Origin: Catajapyx aquilonaris
Lineage: Eukaryota
Assembly (NCBI GenBank): GCA_000934665.2
Contig: KZ538021.1
Location: 62,001 to 126,000 of the forward strand
Reading direction: 5' to 3'
DNA length: 64,000 nucleotides
The number at the start of each line of letters is the position of its first letter. The first letter of the stretch is position 1. The translations under genes were made by a program, and so were the position numbers. This document shows, piece by piece, positions 38,701 to 52,051 of this stretch. Under the pieces are notes generated by a model, which worked only from the letters and a program-made list of their open reading frames with translations, had not been told where the DNA came from and made no database searches.

Positions 38701-41700
38701 GTATACCGTGTGTAACCGCGGCACAAAAAACATAAACAACGAAAATAAGATTCCAATGGAAAAAAAATCTACCTGCAATCAGAAAACAAGGCATAATAAT
38801 TTTCTCTCTCAGATTCCAATTGGTCAGATAGATTTTTCCATAAACATATAGCTACCATTATGACCTCATTTCTTGTACAAGAAACCTACGCATAAAGGTG
38901 TACAAAATAATAGGCACTCGTACCATATCAGCTAGCAATGTCGGCCGCAAACTTTATTTCCGTCGACTGCGGCTATGACCTTCCTATTATGCAACCAACA
39001 AGTTATAAAGGTCATATTATGCTATAGTCCAAAAAATGATTACATTAAATTACGCTGCACGATCTTAAGAGTACCGTTTGTATAAAGGTGTTGCATCAAT
39101 ATTATTTTGAAATGAAATGGCGGAACAACCTATTACATGGCACATATACATCGTGTTAATTATAGTCATGATGATATCCGTTCCCTTCATTTTAACACTC
39201 AATAGCATTGCAACAATCGACATTTTCTGACCCTGTCCAGTGAACCTATATACCCCACTGCAGCACCTTCTTCAGAAACTTTTCTTCTGCAAGTGTATAC
39301 GGGGTTTTCTGTGACGCAAACTCCTGAGCGCGGTCCCGATTGTTGTGTTGTCTCCCTGCGGACGTCCTAAAGAGCCCTGGACAATCCTCCTGGAAACACA
39401 GTGGGGGCCGGGGTCCTTTAATTGAGGGTCCCCGAGTCCACTTTTATCTCCAAATGAACTGGGCTCTCTTTGTCTGCCGGCCACAAATGTCGCGCTGGGA
39501 GGGACTTTTCCAGAGTCGGGGTTGGGTGGGTGGGTAGGAGGGAAAAAGAGATAGTTGGCTCGGTCTTGTAAATCCATCAAGGGAACGTACGGCAGCTGGC
39601 TTTTGCCCTTTTTTCTCTCCTTCTGCTCCCCAAAACCATGCTCTGTTTCGCCCCCTCCAACTCACCCACCCACCCCCTTTGCTTCCTTGCCCATTCTGGT
39701 TCCTTTGGAAATGCCAGGAATGCGGCAAAGTGGCTTTCCCAAAAACCCATACTGTCCTTTTTCTTCGACCCCAATTATGGCAGGGCAGGCCATTTGACCG
39801 ACCCCGACTGTTCCGCGGAGGATCTTTAGCGTCACAGACAATCAGGACGGTTACAGGGTGTATCGGTGAAAGAAGTGGATGGCCCGCACCGGTTTATCAC
39901 TGCCCACAAAGCAAAAGGCAACCTCAACGACATTTTGAATCACAAGGTGGTGTGGAACTGGTAGCGATGATACAGGCGAAGTTACCTTGTAATAATTTCG
40001 TTTAACTGAAAAATCTACATTCCCGGGTCTTGCTTTTCATATGCCGGCCTTGATCTACTGCATGTAATGGCCCAAGTAATAAGCCACTTACAGGCACGTT
40101 TTATTTGCTCTCCACGTGCTTGTATAGAATGACTCTGCTGCATGATACCCAACATAATATTATGTAAACCAATAAATACCACATCTGCAGAAATTAGTTA
40201 ATTAGCAAATGCTCCGATTCATATCTTATTCGACCAGAGATTCGTTGGGCACATAATCATGTTTCCTGATACTTTGGCCCAGACACCCGCCCTTATTGTG
40301 GCTCCACAAAATATATTTTTAGTGCGTTGCCGGATGTATGATAATGATGACAAAATTTTCTACATGTCTTTTTCGTGCATTTAGTGAAGTACGATACAAA
40401 TTAGGTTATCCTTTCAGTTAACTTTTCATTGCATTTATACACTGAAATGTCGGATTAGCAAACGAAACTGGTGCAATGCGAATAAAATGATTCAGAATGG
40501 GGAATAATTACACAATCTACATTCATCATTATAGAATCTTGATGACTATTTTTATTTACACTGCACCAGCCTATTCTAAATCTCATGCACATCGAGTTAT
40601 TATATATACCATTATAGGCGCCAGAATATGTGTAAAAATATGGCGAATCATTTTCCGTATATATAGAGTGAAATATAAATTATATATACGCTAGATCTGC
40701 ATGTATGGAATTTGTTGGAGTTTTAACTTCGTGATGCTTAGTTTGTCAATGATTTTACCAGTCGCTTCATAAGCAAGATCTCTTGTAGCTCATGCATCAT
40801 CATTCTCATTGAAAATATTGCAGGATTTCCTGCTCTTTTAGCAGATTTTCCCCTAACTCTCTCCTAATATAGGTAAATATTTCTTTTAAAAATCAAGTAT
40901 ACGGTACCCGCCAGCATACAAAGACAATTACGCAATAGTAATATTAGTTGTTTGCATTTCCTTCGAAACTGTTATTACATGGATGAAGAATTGCCCGATA
41001 AAAGTGATCTTATAAGCGTCAGTTAGAATGTGGGGCGTCTGTAATGCAATAATTAGAAAAATAGTTAGTGAGGTTACACATTAGACTTTATACAGCATGC
41101 AGTGTGTGAAATACATCCTCACTGCGTAAGTTTGCTCTAATTATTGTGAAATTGTAAGTGAGCATTTAGCCAGGAAGAGATAATACCATAATTATGTAAC
41201 CGTATACCCTTACAAAAATATTTATTGCTCCATATATGCCGAAGATCTATGTTTTTAAAATGAAAGCCCACATAACTGCGCCAGTTAAAGTCTGCAAAAC
41301 ATATCGGCCTTCAAAATGCAAAAAGTAGCTTTAGTGCACGTCATTCTCTAATATACCATATGATAAATTCTGCAATGATCATTATTATAGTGAACTGCTC
41401 TGTAGGTACGAAAAAACTAATTTGCACTTCCTATACTGCTAATGACGAAGCAATAATTGCGGCATTATATATATATATCGATTTTTAAATAACTTGAATA
41501 TAGTGTTCGCAATAACTCTTACTGGATTCTGATCATGATACGTTTTGCAATCGTCCAAGCAGCAATATTATTGCAATCGGATCTTTTTTTTATCATGCAA
41601 AAGACCTACATAAAACATACTCTGTTTTTTTTGCGGTTTGCAAAACAGCGATATTCTTCCCAAACCACCCCTTACATCCGAAGCGCATATTAATATCTGG

Positions 41701-43406
41701 CGCCTTCAGGTCTATAACTCATGATATACTCACAACCGCAAAGAAGGAAAACCACGATTGTGGACCAAAACCGCCAGCAAAAGTAGGCGATTTCCAGCGT
41801 TAGGATGCGCGTTGCACACATATGAAAAAAATGGGGGACATCATCATCATGTTTGGATCGCTCGGCCGCGGAGTATATAAAACCAAAAGCCGTCCAATAA
41901 CGTGTTGACTTGTCCAACTTGGACATGATCGATTACCTCATTAATGTCATCAGTGCTAAATGTGTTTGTACGGGATGCGGGACGCGTTGTTATGCTAACA
42001 TGATACATTTTTTTTTGCACGTGTGTACACCAATCGAATCTGAGCCATGTCAGGTGACATTACACTGCAATTGTGTCGCACATATGTGTGCAAATGGAGC
42101 ACATCTTTCCAGCAGTAAATTTGTTATTTACTGCGGCGTCAGAATCTAGAGCACACTTGACAATTCCACTAATTAGGCTCCGGGGGAGAAAAAAAAAGCA
42201 TCCTTGATGATGATTGCGCAGAATGGAGCGTTTTATCTTTAGATGTAAAAAAAATGAGAGCGAATCGTATATGATTAATAAAGGCGATTAGTTGCCTCAT
42301 CAGTGAGTAGTTAGCCTTCTTGGAGCAAAGAAGAAGCAAGGACGCGCATGCGTTACAGCATCAAGAATGTAACCCCCGGTCATTACTCGGCTGATTCCCA
42401 GGGAATTATGGGGGCTTTTTCTGGCTGACCACTTGGCCGACACGGATTTTCTTGGGCTGACGTCGCGATTACCACCGGACTTAAGGCGGCGATACAACAT
42501 TTTGCGCGCAAAACCTGATGTAATTAAGAAAGCGGATGTGTGCGTAATTAGTGTGTGTGTGTCCACGTCATGTCAATTAGCGTTTTGCGATATGAATCTA
42601 GTTTTATTCCTGGTACGCGTCCAGACACGTTGACACGTCCAGATTTAATAACCGGGCAATTTGGGAGAAAATCCGTGGGACCTTGAGTGATGTGACGCAT
42701 GACAGACATCATGCTTGTTGAACAAAAAGGTACACGGCACAGCAGTCGTATAACATTTAAGGAGAATAACAAGCACCAGGGGAGGGAGAGTTACACGGGG
42801 TGGGAAGAATATTGCAACATCACGCAATACAACTCCACGGATCTTGACAGCTTTCACACAACATGTGGGCTGAATATTTTTGTCAATATAATATAGAGAA
42901 TGTCAATAAGAAGGAGGATAACCGGTGCATTGGTTGTTTTGGTCACATGTCAATTGGATTGCCAAGCAACTTTATAAAAAAAAATCAGGCCGGTTGTGTG
43001 TGACAGCAACAGTGAAGATTTATCTCCATCAACAATTGACTCACACATATCAAAGGCATCTTAACTGTAGTGCAACCGATTAATGCAACTTTAGCTTAGT
43101 TCTTACGTTAAATAAGTAAGCAGTATATAGTCAGGTGAAACAGTCACATTTTTCGTCTAGCATGTGTAGGCGACATGTTAATGAATGAATGCCACTAACA
43201 GGTTCAGAATTAAGCAGCCTACGTTGTTGCCCTCGGTTACAGGTAACGTATATTGCCAGTAACTTACAATATTATTAGGCAATAATTATTTTTATGTGTA
43301 TAGGCCTACCTGTGATCTGATCGATTTTCAAGTGTTATATTTTGGAGATTAGGCGACCGCACATTTGACACTGTACGGGCTATGCGATAACGGGCACTGA
43401 ACTTAC

Positions 43407-43986
43407 CGGGAGGAAACCTGTGCGGGAAAATCCGTCCGTGTCTGGATAGCAGCCAGGGGTAGAGCGGGTAGGTGTCCCTGGGCAACTGCGAGGGCACGGG
43501 GCCCATGCCCCCGGGCAGGAACATGGCCGGAATATGCCCCGGATGCGAGGGCATACCGGCCGCGCCCATACCGGGCATCCCGGGCATCCCGACGCCGAGG
43601 TGGTGCGGCAGCGAGGCCGCTAGTCCAGCGGCCGCAGCCGCAGCGGCCAGTCCCGCGGGCCCTAGGTGGGGCAACATCTCACTAGGCCCGTGAAAGGGGT
43701 TCTTGTGTCCCGCATGGTGCAGGCTGTCCAAGTTGAAGCTGGACCCAGCGATGGACACTGACGGCCTGAGGATGGGCGACACAGCCGGCGACCTGGACGA
43801 CGGAAGAGGTCTCACCACCGTCACTGGCGCCTGCGACACCGGCGGAGGACTCGGGCTGGGCCTGTCCGACGACGGAGTGTCCCTGTCCGATTTGGGGCCT
43901 TCACCGCCCACGATACTGTCTATGGAGAACCCTATTTTGGGCTTGGCCGGCACCGGAACCACAGGAGTAGGCGCCAGCGGCATCAT
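43407..43986 (-). CDS. Emx: Emx/empty spiracles homeobox gene, coding exon 1 of 3 (N-terminal eh1 motif, poly-Ala tract, YPW motif)
   Basis: The ATG at 43986 has an in-frame TGA a short way upstream. It encodes MMPLAPTPVVPVPAKPKIGFSIDSIVGG (eh1 FSIDSIV) through YPLYPWLLSRHGRIFPHRFPP. It ends at a phase-1 GTAAGT donor (43406-43401). The sequence is GC-rich and coding-like. Confidence 0.95.
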
Positions 43987-44000
43987 GATCGCTGTAAGTG

Positions 44001-44260
44001 TCACACTGTCACCATCGCCTCACCACCATTCCGTACCAGCACACTACTATACTTCTAGGCCGCTACTAACTGATGTGTGTTGAGAGCAGCTCCAAGCCCG
44101 AGCCAACCCCCTCTTCGTTTTTTCCCGCCTCCTCAGGAGGTGTTTTTGTCCCGGTAATTACCCAGAGCCGACCAAAACCCCACCTGATTGGGCTATTAGG
44201 GAGGGCTGCCCCCTGTGATTGCGCTCTAATGGCGAACGGGGATTGGTCCACGCCTGTTTC
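44001..44260 (-). promoter_or_regulatory. Putative Emx core promoter and 5' leader
   Basis: Arthropod-type Initiator TCAGTT on the minus strand at 44073-44068, about 85 nt upstream of the ATG. Minus-strand CCAAT boxes near 44187 and 44242, a TAATTA homeodomain site near 44155, and a GC-rich context. No TATA box or consensus DPE seen. Confidence 0.45.
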
Positions 44261-46350
44261 CCCAGTGCCCAGACGCTGCGTGTCTACAGGCTTTGGCGGG
44301 AGGTTAAAGTTGGCTGGATCCAGGGCCACGTGCTGACCCAGCCCCAGGTCAGATGTGGGAGGTCACCCCGGTTGGAGGCGGCGAGGGGACTTGCGCTCTG
44401 GGTCCAGATGCGGATGGGAGGGAGATGGACCAGCCGAATTGGGAGGTGCGGGTGTTGGTCGGGTTGGAGGGTCCAGGGCGGCCATGGTAGATTTTTTGGG
44501 GGGTGACACCAATGCGGACCTGGCTCCTCCCATATGCACTGGCACACACGCGCCCAGGTGAGGAGGGGCTCCGGTCCTCTTATCACACAGGAGGCGGTCA
44601 GTTGTTGATCACATACGACCATGCATGTCAGGAAATATTATATATAGGCTACTGTATTGCCTTGAAGTCATGTCGTCTATGTGACAGTAAGTTTATTTTC
44701 GGATTTCCTATATGCACGGATGGATGTTCCCAGCTCCTATAGTTTTGCTTACCTGTACTGGACAGTTACACATATTTATAATGGCTGCACAGTGTAACTT
44801 ACTGTCAAATGTCGCCCGATGTATAGGCCTATGTCTGTTTGTGTCCGGAACATTACTGATTAATGAGGGACCTACGTCTCATTAATTTTATGACACGTTG
44901 AATTTTAGCATGTTCCGTAGATGTATGAACTTGAATAGACCTACTTATTAGGCCAATTCTGTATTTGACTCCATTCCTGTTGGTGACATGTTTTAGGCGA
45001 GATTTAATGAACACTCGGAGATAAGCTGATTTTTTTTCGTCTCACATTAAAGCTCGTATAGTCAGCATGAAAGCATAAGATGGCGCAGCATATACGACGT
45101 GTGGAATATGACACCGCAATAGTTCTCTAATAAACCAGATATTATTGCAGTTGAATTTCTTTACTCAAAAAATATAGGCCTAACATCTGTTAGCTGCATT
45201 GCTGCAACATCACACACTTTTATACGTAGCTCTTAATCAAATGCTTCTATACACAAGATATTTTTTATCGACTCATATGGGTGATTTTTATTGAAGTTAC
45301 ATGAAGCAACCGGATGCTGCACAATAAGAATACGTATTTGTAGCAGGTTATCTACCTTTTTTTGTCAATATGAGCTGTTAGCAATAGGTTGCAAAATTGA
45401 TCAGATTTTAATAGACCTTGTACAGAATAAAAGTTAGAGCATTTTCAACTACCACACTGACAATATTACGTAAAAAGCAGTTGAGCAGTTTATTATCAGC
45501 GGTATTTATTTGTGATTATCATTATTTCCCAGGTACATCTTTTCATTTGTTCCGGTAAAGCACGCAACCCAGCACAATGTAACTGCCTGCTGCTACATCG
45601 AAATGACTGCCTTTTATCTGATGTGATTCATCTGTATGCTGGAGAGTATGAACAGCTGCAATGATATATGACCAAATGGGCATTGTATTATTCGCAACTG
45701 CTTTTCCCGGTGCTATACATGTATGAAGTATGCGGAATAAAGTATAATTTGCTTCTCAACTTGCTCTATATGCTGGTTATATCTGAATAACTGCTTTCCA
45801 CAACGCCAGTATAATTGTACGGCATATATATTCGACGGCAAGTAAAACTTATCCCCGAGTGTGGCTGTATCAGACTTAGGCTGCCTGTGACTATAATATC
45901 CAGTTTAGGAAACATTAAGGTACATGAGCATATTGTGCTACAATATTTCTCTCCATATATTATGTTAGATTTTAATAAATAGTCAGCTCAGCAGACACTC
46001 CTTTTATATGACTGTATAACTGATATGATATCAAAACAAAATATCTCACCTTATGTGTATAGAGGCCTATATCCCACTGTCAGATTTTCTTTTATGAATA
46101 ATAAAAAAACAAGGCTAAACTGTCGTGATTATCTTCACGGACGTGATGTGGTCTCTGAGAAAACAAATGATAATTCTTAGTCTGCCTAACTTTACGGTTG
46201 AGGATGTGGTTTTATATGGGGGAGGATATAAGCCACAATGTTGATGCGGCTTATACATAGAGCTCTATATAGTTGGCCACACAATTGACATTCACGAGGA
46301 AAATTCTGACTCCGTTGGGAAATAGATGGGAAATGTACAGGATGAAACAT

Positions 46351-46404
46351 AATCAGGACCATTTTTTGCCATCATGTATATGATGGCAAAAAATGGTCCT
46401 GATT
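46351..46404. repeat. Near-perfect 54-bp palindrome
   Basis: 25-bp arms AATCAGGACCATTTTTTGCCATCAT and ATGATGGCAAAAAATGGTCCTGATT around GTAT. Confidence 0.9.
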
Positions 46405-46654
46405 GTTAGACGGAAACATTTACATATAGAGTTCCCCGCAAATATTTTATAGGAATAAGAATACTGCATCTCACGCACGATCAGCAAATTCGTTCACCTC
46501 TATAATACCATTCCAAAACTGAAAAGAATATACTGATGCAAAATGTGCAAAATTCTGCCATATATTAATTCATATACATATAGCGAATGCAGTGAATTAT
46601 ATTATATCTGTACAATTATATATTAGCATATATAATTATAGTTTCAGGAGAATA

Positions 46655-46735
46655 ATCAGCATACTGTATATATCCTCATTGGACTGCTGCACAATATCAG
46701 CATACTGTATATATCCTCATGGACTGCTGCACAAT
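46655..46735. repeat. Tandem duplication of a ~40-bp unit
   Basis: ATCAGCATACTGTATATATCCTCAT(T)GGACTGCTGCACAAT occurs twice, with one indel. Confidence 0.9.
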
Positions 46736-46936
46736 ACCCTTTATATAACCATTTGTTATAACTTGTATATCCTGAATCATACTTTTCCCCCCATAATATT
46801 ACTCTGTATTTATATACGCCGCCTACAGCTTAATTGTGGAGAACAATTGATCACGGAAAAGGGATTGCTAAAATATGTTATAATTGCACCACTTGCGCTG
46901 CACGTCTAAATGATCCGCTGCAGATGATCCGGCGGG

Positions 46937-47024
46937 ATAAACTTCAACATATGGCAATATGTTGAAGTTTATGGGTGGGGATTGATCATTTATATCGACT
47001 TATATTATAAGTCGCTATAAATGA
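46937..47024. repeat. Two adjacent short inverted repeats
   Basis: 16-bp arms with a GGCA loop (46937-46972), and ~19-bp arms with one mismatch around a central T (46986-47024). Confidence 0.8.
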
Positions 47025-47772
47025 GACCATTCATGCACCTTCTGCTCATATATTGATGCCATAATTACCTCCGAGTATTTCGCGTGACTTGTTTGCCTGT
47101 AACTACTGCTGTGCACATATTTTCCTTCGACAATGACGATCGCAGCAGTTATATCCGCATATGCAAATGCTCATCCATATTATTATTTTTTCTACAGTTT
47201 ATAACCGGATACAGTTTCAGTACATATATATGTGTGTGACGGAGCAGTCGCGGTTGAGGAAAATAATGGTTCTTGTAGCTGCTGATGGTGCCCCATGGCT
47301 ACGACCCGGGTCGGTCATTGGGGGCCTTCAATTAGATAACTGGCATCGCCCGGAGTGGTGACCATTTAGTCCCATTGGTCCTCTATCATCATCACGGTCA
47401 TTATACTTCATAAACTTTTTCAATACAAAACGAAGCGGGGGCCTTGAGTAGGCTATTAATGGGGGCCCGCTTCAATAATGGCAGTGTTAGGCCCTGCTCT
47501 AGAGGATTATACATATCTGTTTTTAAACAAACACGGTTATTATCAGGCTATCAATTGCTTAGGACGGAGGTCATTTTCCCGGCCCGGAACTCCCAGTGGG
47601 AATAAATTGCTGGCTGGGCGCTAAACTTCTTTTCGCCCCCTCTGTACCCCCCTTTTTCAAAAAAAAAAAAAAAAGAAGAAGTTTTTTTTAGCCATCATCA
47701 AGATGCCGGCTGCAGATATGCGGTATATAGGCCTCGGTTTATACCCGGGAGGGATAGAGAGCCACGTTGCAT

Positions 47773-48024
47773 NNNNNNNNNNNNNNNNNNNNNNNNNNNN
47801 NNNNNNNNNNNNNNNNNNNNNNNNNNNNNNNNNNNNNNNNNNNNNNNNNNNNNNNNNNNNNNNNNNNNNNNNNNNNNNNNNNNNNNNNNNNNNNNNNNNN
47901 NNNNNNNNNNNNNNNNNNNNNNNNNNNNNNNNNNNNNNNNNNNNNNNNNNNNNNNNNNNNNNNNNNNNNNNNNNNNNNNNNNNNNNNNNNNNNNNNNNNN
48001 NNNNNNNNNNNNNNNNNNNNNNNN
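47773..48024. other. Assembly gap (252 N)
   Basis: Run of N followed by a poly-C tract. Confidence 0.99.
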
Positions 48025-51000
48025 CCCCCCCCCCCCCAACTCCGCGGAACAACTCTGTTTCTTTTCCCGTCGAGCAAGATCAACAAATTTAATCTTCCTC
48101 CTCACCAAGTTGTTCCAAGTTGGCAAGTTAGCAGCATCAACGTCTAAGACCCCGGTAATGAACTTGATGGCTCGCCAAGGAATATGAGGATTGGAGACGA
48201 GATGAAGTTCTTGCCACACAGACTCACTCGCACCGCAGAAAAGAAGCCCCCCTTCTCCGGGGCCACAACCAGCAGGGTCGATATCATAGAGCACAGAAGG
48301 GCACGTGCCTCCATTGCTCTCTCTCTATATATATGAAGTCTATAATATAAAATGAAAACTTTACATTACATGTCTATAACGGATGCTGATATTTTAAATA
48401 ATGCAGTGGGAGCAGCTCATAATTGCGAGTGCGAGTTATGGTTATGTGTTGATAGGAGATAAGGAGGATGATCCTATATCCCATGCCTGCTAAAGCCTGC
48501 AGAGCATCCATTCAGAGAGCAGCATCGATTTCCTCTCGTCTCTCGGGTTGCCATGGAAATGGTCGCCATGATCTCTCCTATATATACATCAGTATATAGA
48601 GACTCCTTTTGCCTTGGCTCAGCTTCCGTGGTTCATATAAGAAAAGCCGGGGTTGCACATCAGAAGAGATTCCGCAGGAGACGGAAACAGGTAGGTCAAT
48701 TAAATGCATGTCGCAAGCATGGCGAACAAAAAATATATATATCATGCAGGAAGGTAGTAATGGGCCTGTAATGACACGGTCATTATTGCTGGCGTTATTC
48801 TTTGAGTGATATATAATATTGAAACATAATTTTTATTGCTTCTTTCTGTTCCAGCAGCTCGCTTGTAATTTTATATCATAACACTTAAAAAGTGATTTAT
48901 GAATAAGGCTACCGGGATGGGGCATGAAAGGTTTTTCTTAAAAAAAATACACAAGCCGTAATATTATATCTGGGTAATAACATTAAAATTATTGCTACCG
49001 CCACATGTGCACATAAAAATATATAACTTGCGCTATAAATGAGGCAATGGTCATAAAGGACCGGAATGGTTTTAAGTGTGCTTCCGGAGTTAGGTCCACA
49101 TAACAATGATGCAATATATCATTACGCCCGAATTATTATTTCTTTTAGTGAAGCATAATGCGTAAGCTTTTCCTCTCTCTCTCTTTTATATATATGTAAA
49201 AAAAAGGATTTAAGTGCCGTTATCGTTTTCGAAGGTCCAAAAAAAAAGTGAAAAGGCTGACGATCCACTTAAGATAGATGGGATGATATGAGGCGTGCAT
49301 GTTGCATACGGTGTAGGAAGGGTCTGAGAGGCACTCGGGGAGGAAATACATAAAACGAAGCAGTTCCTTTTGAGCGCATTGGGCCGCAACTTGAGAGCTG
49401 AATCAGCTGCAAAATTGGCAGCGGAAGGTCCAAGTCGGTCGTTTGGCCCCCATCCAGTTCCTGACTGCACAGGGCTAAAAAGCTCATCTGCTTTTGGGGG
49501 GAACCCGAAATGCTGATGCCCACATTCTACCTCCCCAACAGCACCACCTTACTCTCGCACATCCACAAAAAAAATGGTGGTGCATAGGTTAGTTGGGTTG
49601 TAAATTTTTTTTTGTAGGAAAATGATATGCGAGCTTGGTTAATATCACCAGCATAGTTGGTGATGTTGGAAGAAGCGAGCGGTGTGTACAAGAAGCAGGA
49701 GAAAGAGAAAACGAGATTGGTCCCGTGTGGGGGATGGAAAAAATCAGCCGAGTTAGCTCCCAAGATCCCCGAGCACTCGTTGTTGACTCATCAAATTAGC
49801 CACCATCAACCAGCCGATTACCTTCCCTAAAATGGCCATGGAGGCGTAATGGCTCCCTTGCCAGCCTGCATCTACACCAATCCCGGACCAACAGCATCCC
49901 AGGTACCATCCACGCCGCGGGTTTCACACCATTTTTAACGCTCCTTTACTTCTTCCTCACCAAAGGAGTCACGTTCCAGGTCACCTCTCTCTTACATATA
50001 TAGGCTTGGTCTTCTTACAGCACTGCCTATATGTACTCTGGATGTTATGAGCTCGTTCATATGCACCTATAGTGGTGGAACTCTTTGCCGCCAACCTGAG
50101 AATCAAACTATTTATGAGTTAAATACAGGAAAATTGAAATATCAGAAGAACTTGACTCCTGGTGCAGTTCTAGGTAGCATATACTTTTTACCTTTTATGT
50201 GAGTGCCATTCTTATCTGTATATACTCGTACGATGTAAATGGTTGCAATTTTTCCTCATTTCCCTCAGCTTCCTCATGAAAATATTTTGATGTCTTGCTA
50301 ATTTGCCAAAATAGGAATGGTGTCTTTGATTAAATTTTTAATAAGTTCGTAGAAGAAAGAAGTACAAGAGATGTGTGCCTAATAGGCCGTAGATAAAGAG
50401 ATTTGATGACATGCTGTTACACATCATGACAAAGGATTACACTGGACTATAAATATAATTAGGCCTACATGAAACGGGATTGTGTCCTCCTAAAGAGCCG
50501 ATTCAAGCCCCCGGTGGAGCATGCAAAAAATTCGAATTAACTATTGATATTAAATTGATTAAATCATGAGAGTCCTATATCATTACATTATAAGCGCATA
50601 TGCACTTTTTCATAACCATAAAAGAAGTAGGCCTAATTCAATTGTATAACTCTAAAGATCTTCCGTGTTACCAACATCGTAATGTAACAAGTATACTTGG
50701 TAATAATGGCAATGCATTTATTATAACTGTGTTACAGGAACAAATAGTTTGAACGTTTTTCAGATAACAGCGTAGTTTATTTTAGGTGATCAACCAGATG
50801 GAGGATACTGCAGAAGGAATATCACATGTTATTTCCGGAGTGAGAGAAAAGTGTCGCCCTGCATGTATTAGATTTTATTACTTCCTTGCAACTTGTTTCA
50901 TGAAATTCAAATAAACTGACTATTTTTTTCAGAGCCTTTATAGAAAATGCTCTCCTTCCAATACCACGACAACCTCATAAGTTATAATCCATACTGCTAC

Positions 51001-51469
51001 AATAACAAATAAAATAACAAATACAGTAGCCTAGGCCTACCTGTAAATATACACACAATCATGTGGTCCGCAAACTGCTATTAGTTCCAGGGCTTCCCTC
51101 ATAACTGAGCAGTAATATATATGAAAATTAAATTATTTTAAAAATCTCAAAGTCTGCCTCTTATTTAATATTTTGGGTGAGAGACACTCTGGAGGAAGAC
51201 TCCCAAACAAAAACATGATTTTTTTCTCCCTAGCTAAAATGCACGGCTATAATATTTGCAAACGTTTTATTACATAAAATGCCCAGCGACAATCCATGTC
51301 AGGGAACACGCTTTAATTTCCGCGAAAAAAACTGCAACCTCTGCAGCCCGAACCCTTTCAATGAAATTGTTGCCCAACAATCAACAACAATGAAACAGAG
51401 GCCGTCACAATATTACAGACAACTAGAAGCACATTTTTTTTTTCTGTCTTTGCCGACATAATTTTTTTT

Positions 51470-51710
51470 TCTCCGGTCAGGTGTCGCCACCTCCCCTGTA
51501 CTACCTCTAGTAGTGTCAGCCAGCGCCACCTGTGAGCCGGTAGTCCGCACTACTTTGACTCTGGGGGATCCGGTATCGACTCTTCCGTCGACCTACCTTT
51601 TGGAACGTTCTTGTCCGGTCTCTGTCCCGAGTCCGGTCTGTAGCCCCGGTCCGTCCCTGAAACACTTCCTCTCAGTGTAGAGGAAGGACTAGCCGGAAAG
51701 CCCTAAAAAG
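51470..51710 (+). promoter_or_regulatory. Putative Mic60 promoter and 5' UTR
   Basis: Sharp switch from AT-rich to GC/CpG-rich sequence directly upstream of the ATG. DRE-like TATCGAC near 51574 and CTCF-like motifs at about 51473 and 51521. Confidence 0.45.
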
Positions 51711-51749
51711 ATGCTGCGGTCCAGGGTCACCTCCCTTGCGCTCAGACAG
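51711..51749 (+). CDS. IMMT: Mic60/mitofilin (MICOS subunit) coding exon 1, start of mitochondrial presequence
   Basis: aaaagATG context; encodes MLRSRVTSLALRQ (Arg-rich, no acidic residues). CAG|GTGAGA donor is phase 0 and in frame with the next exon. Confidence 0.85.
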
Positions 51750-52051
51750 GTGAGAACACGATAGAGAAGAAACCAAGCCAAGGTCTCCCTCTCTCTTGCA
51801 TCCTTAATTCGAACCTGTGATGTAATGGTTCCAATACAGGGTCGCACTCTTGGCAGGGATGCAAAAAGTGTACTCTGTGCTAAATATTTTGTAATCAGTA
51901 TTCATATGTGTGCGGACATGGCTGTGTCGTTCACAACGGCAGCGACAAAAAGTGGGCCTGTTCTGGATCCAGCCCACAATTGTCAGTGTTGCCAACCCCG
52001 GGTTGGCAGCACTGACAATAATTGTGATAATGACAATTTAATTGATTGCAG

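Noticed and set aside
44001..44004. ORF-track start for Emx at GTG 44004
   Set aside because: Bacterial-style start call; the first in-frame ATG is at 43986.
43472..44336. Plus-strand ORFs overlapping Emx exon 1
   Set aside because: Antisense shadows of GC-rich coding and promoter sequence with no recognisable protein.
47657..48294. Long ORFs of 115-198 aa
   Set aside because: Artefacts of reading through the N gap.
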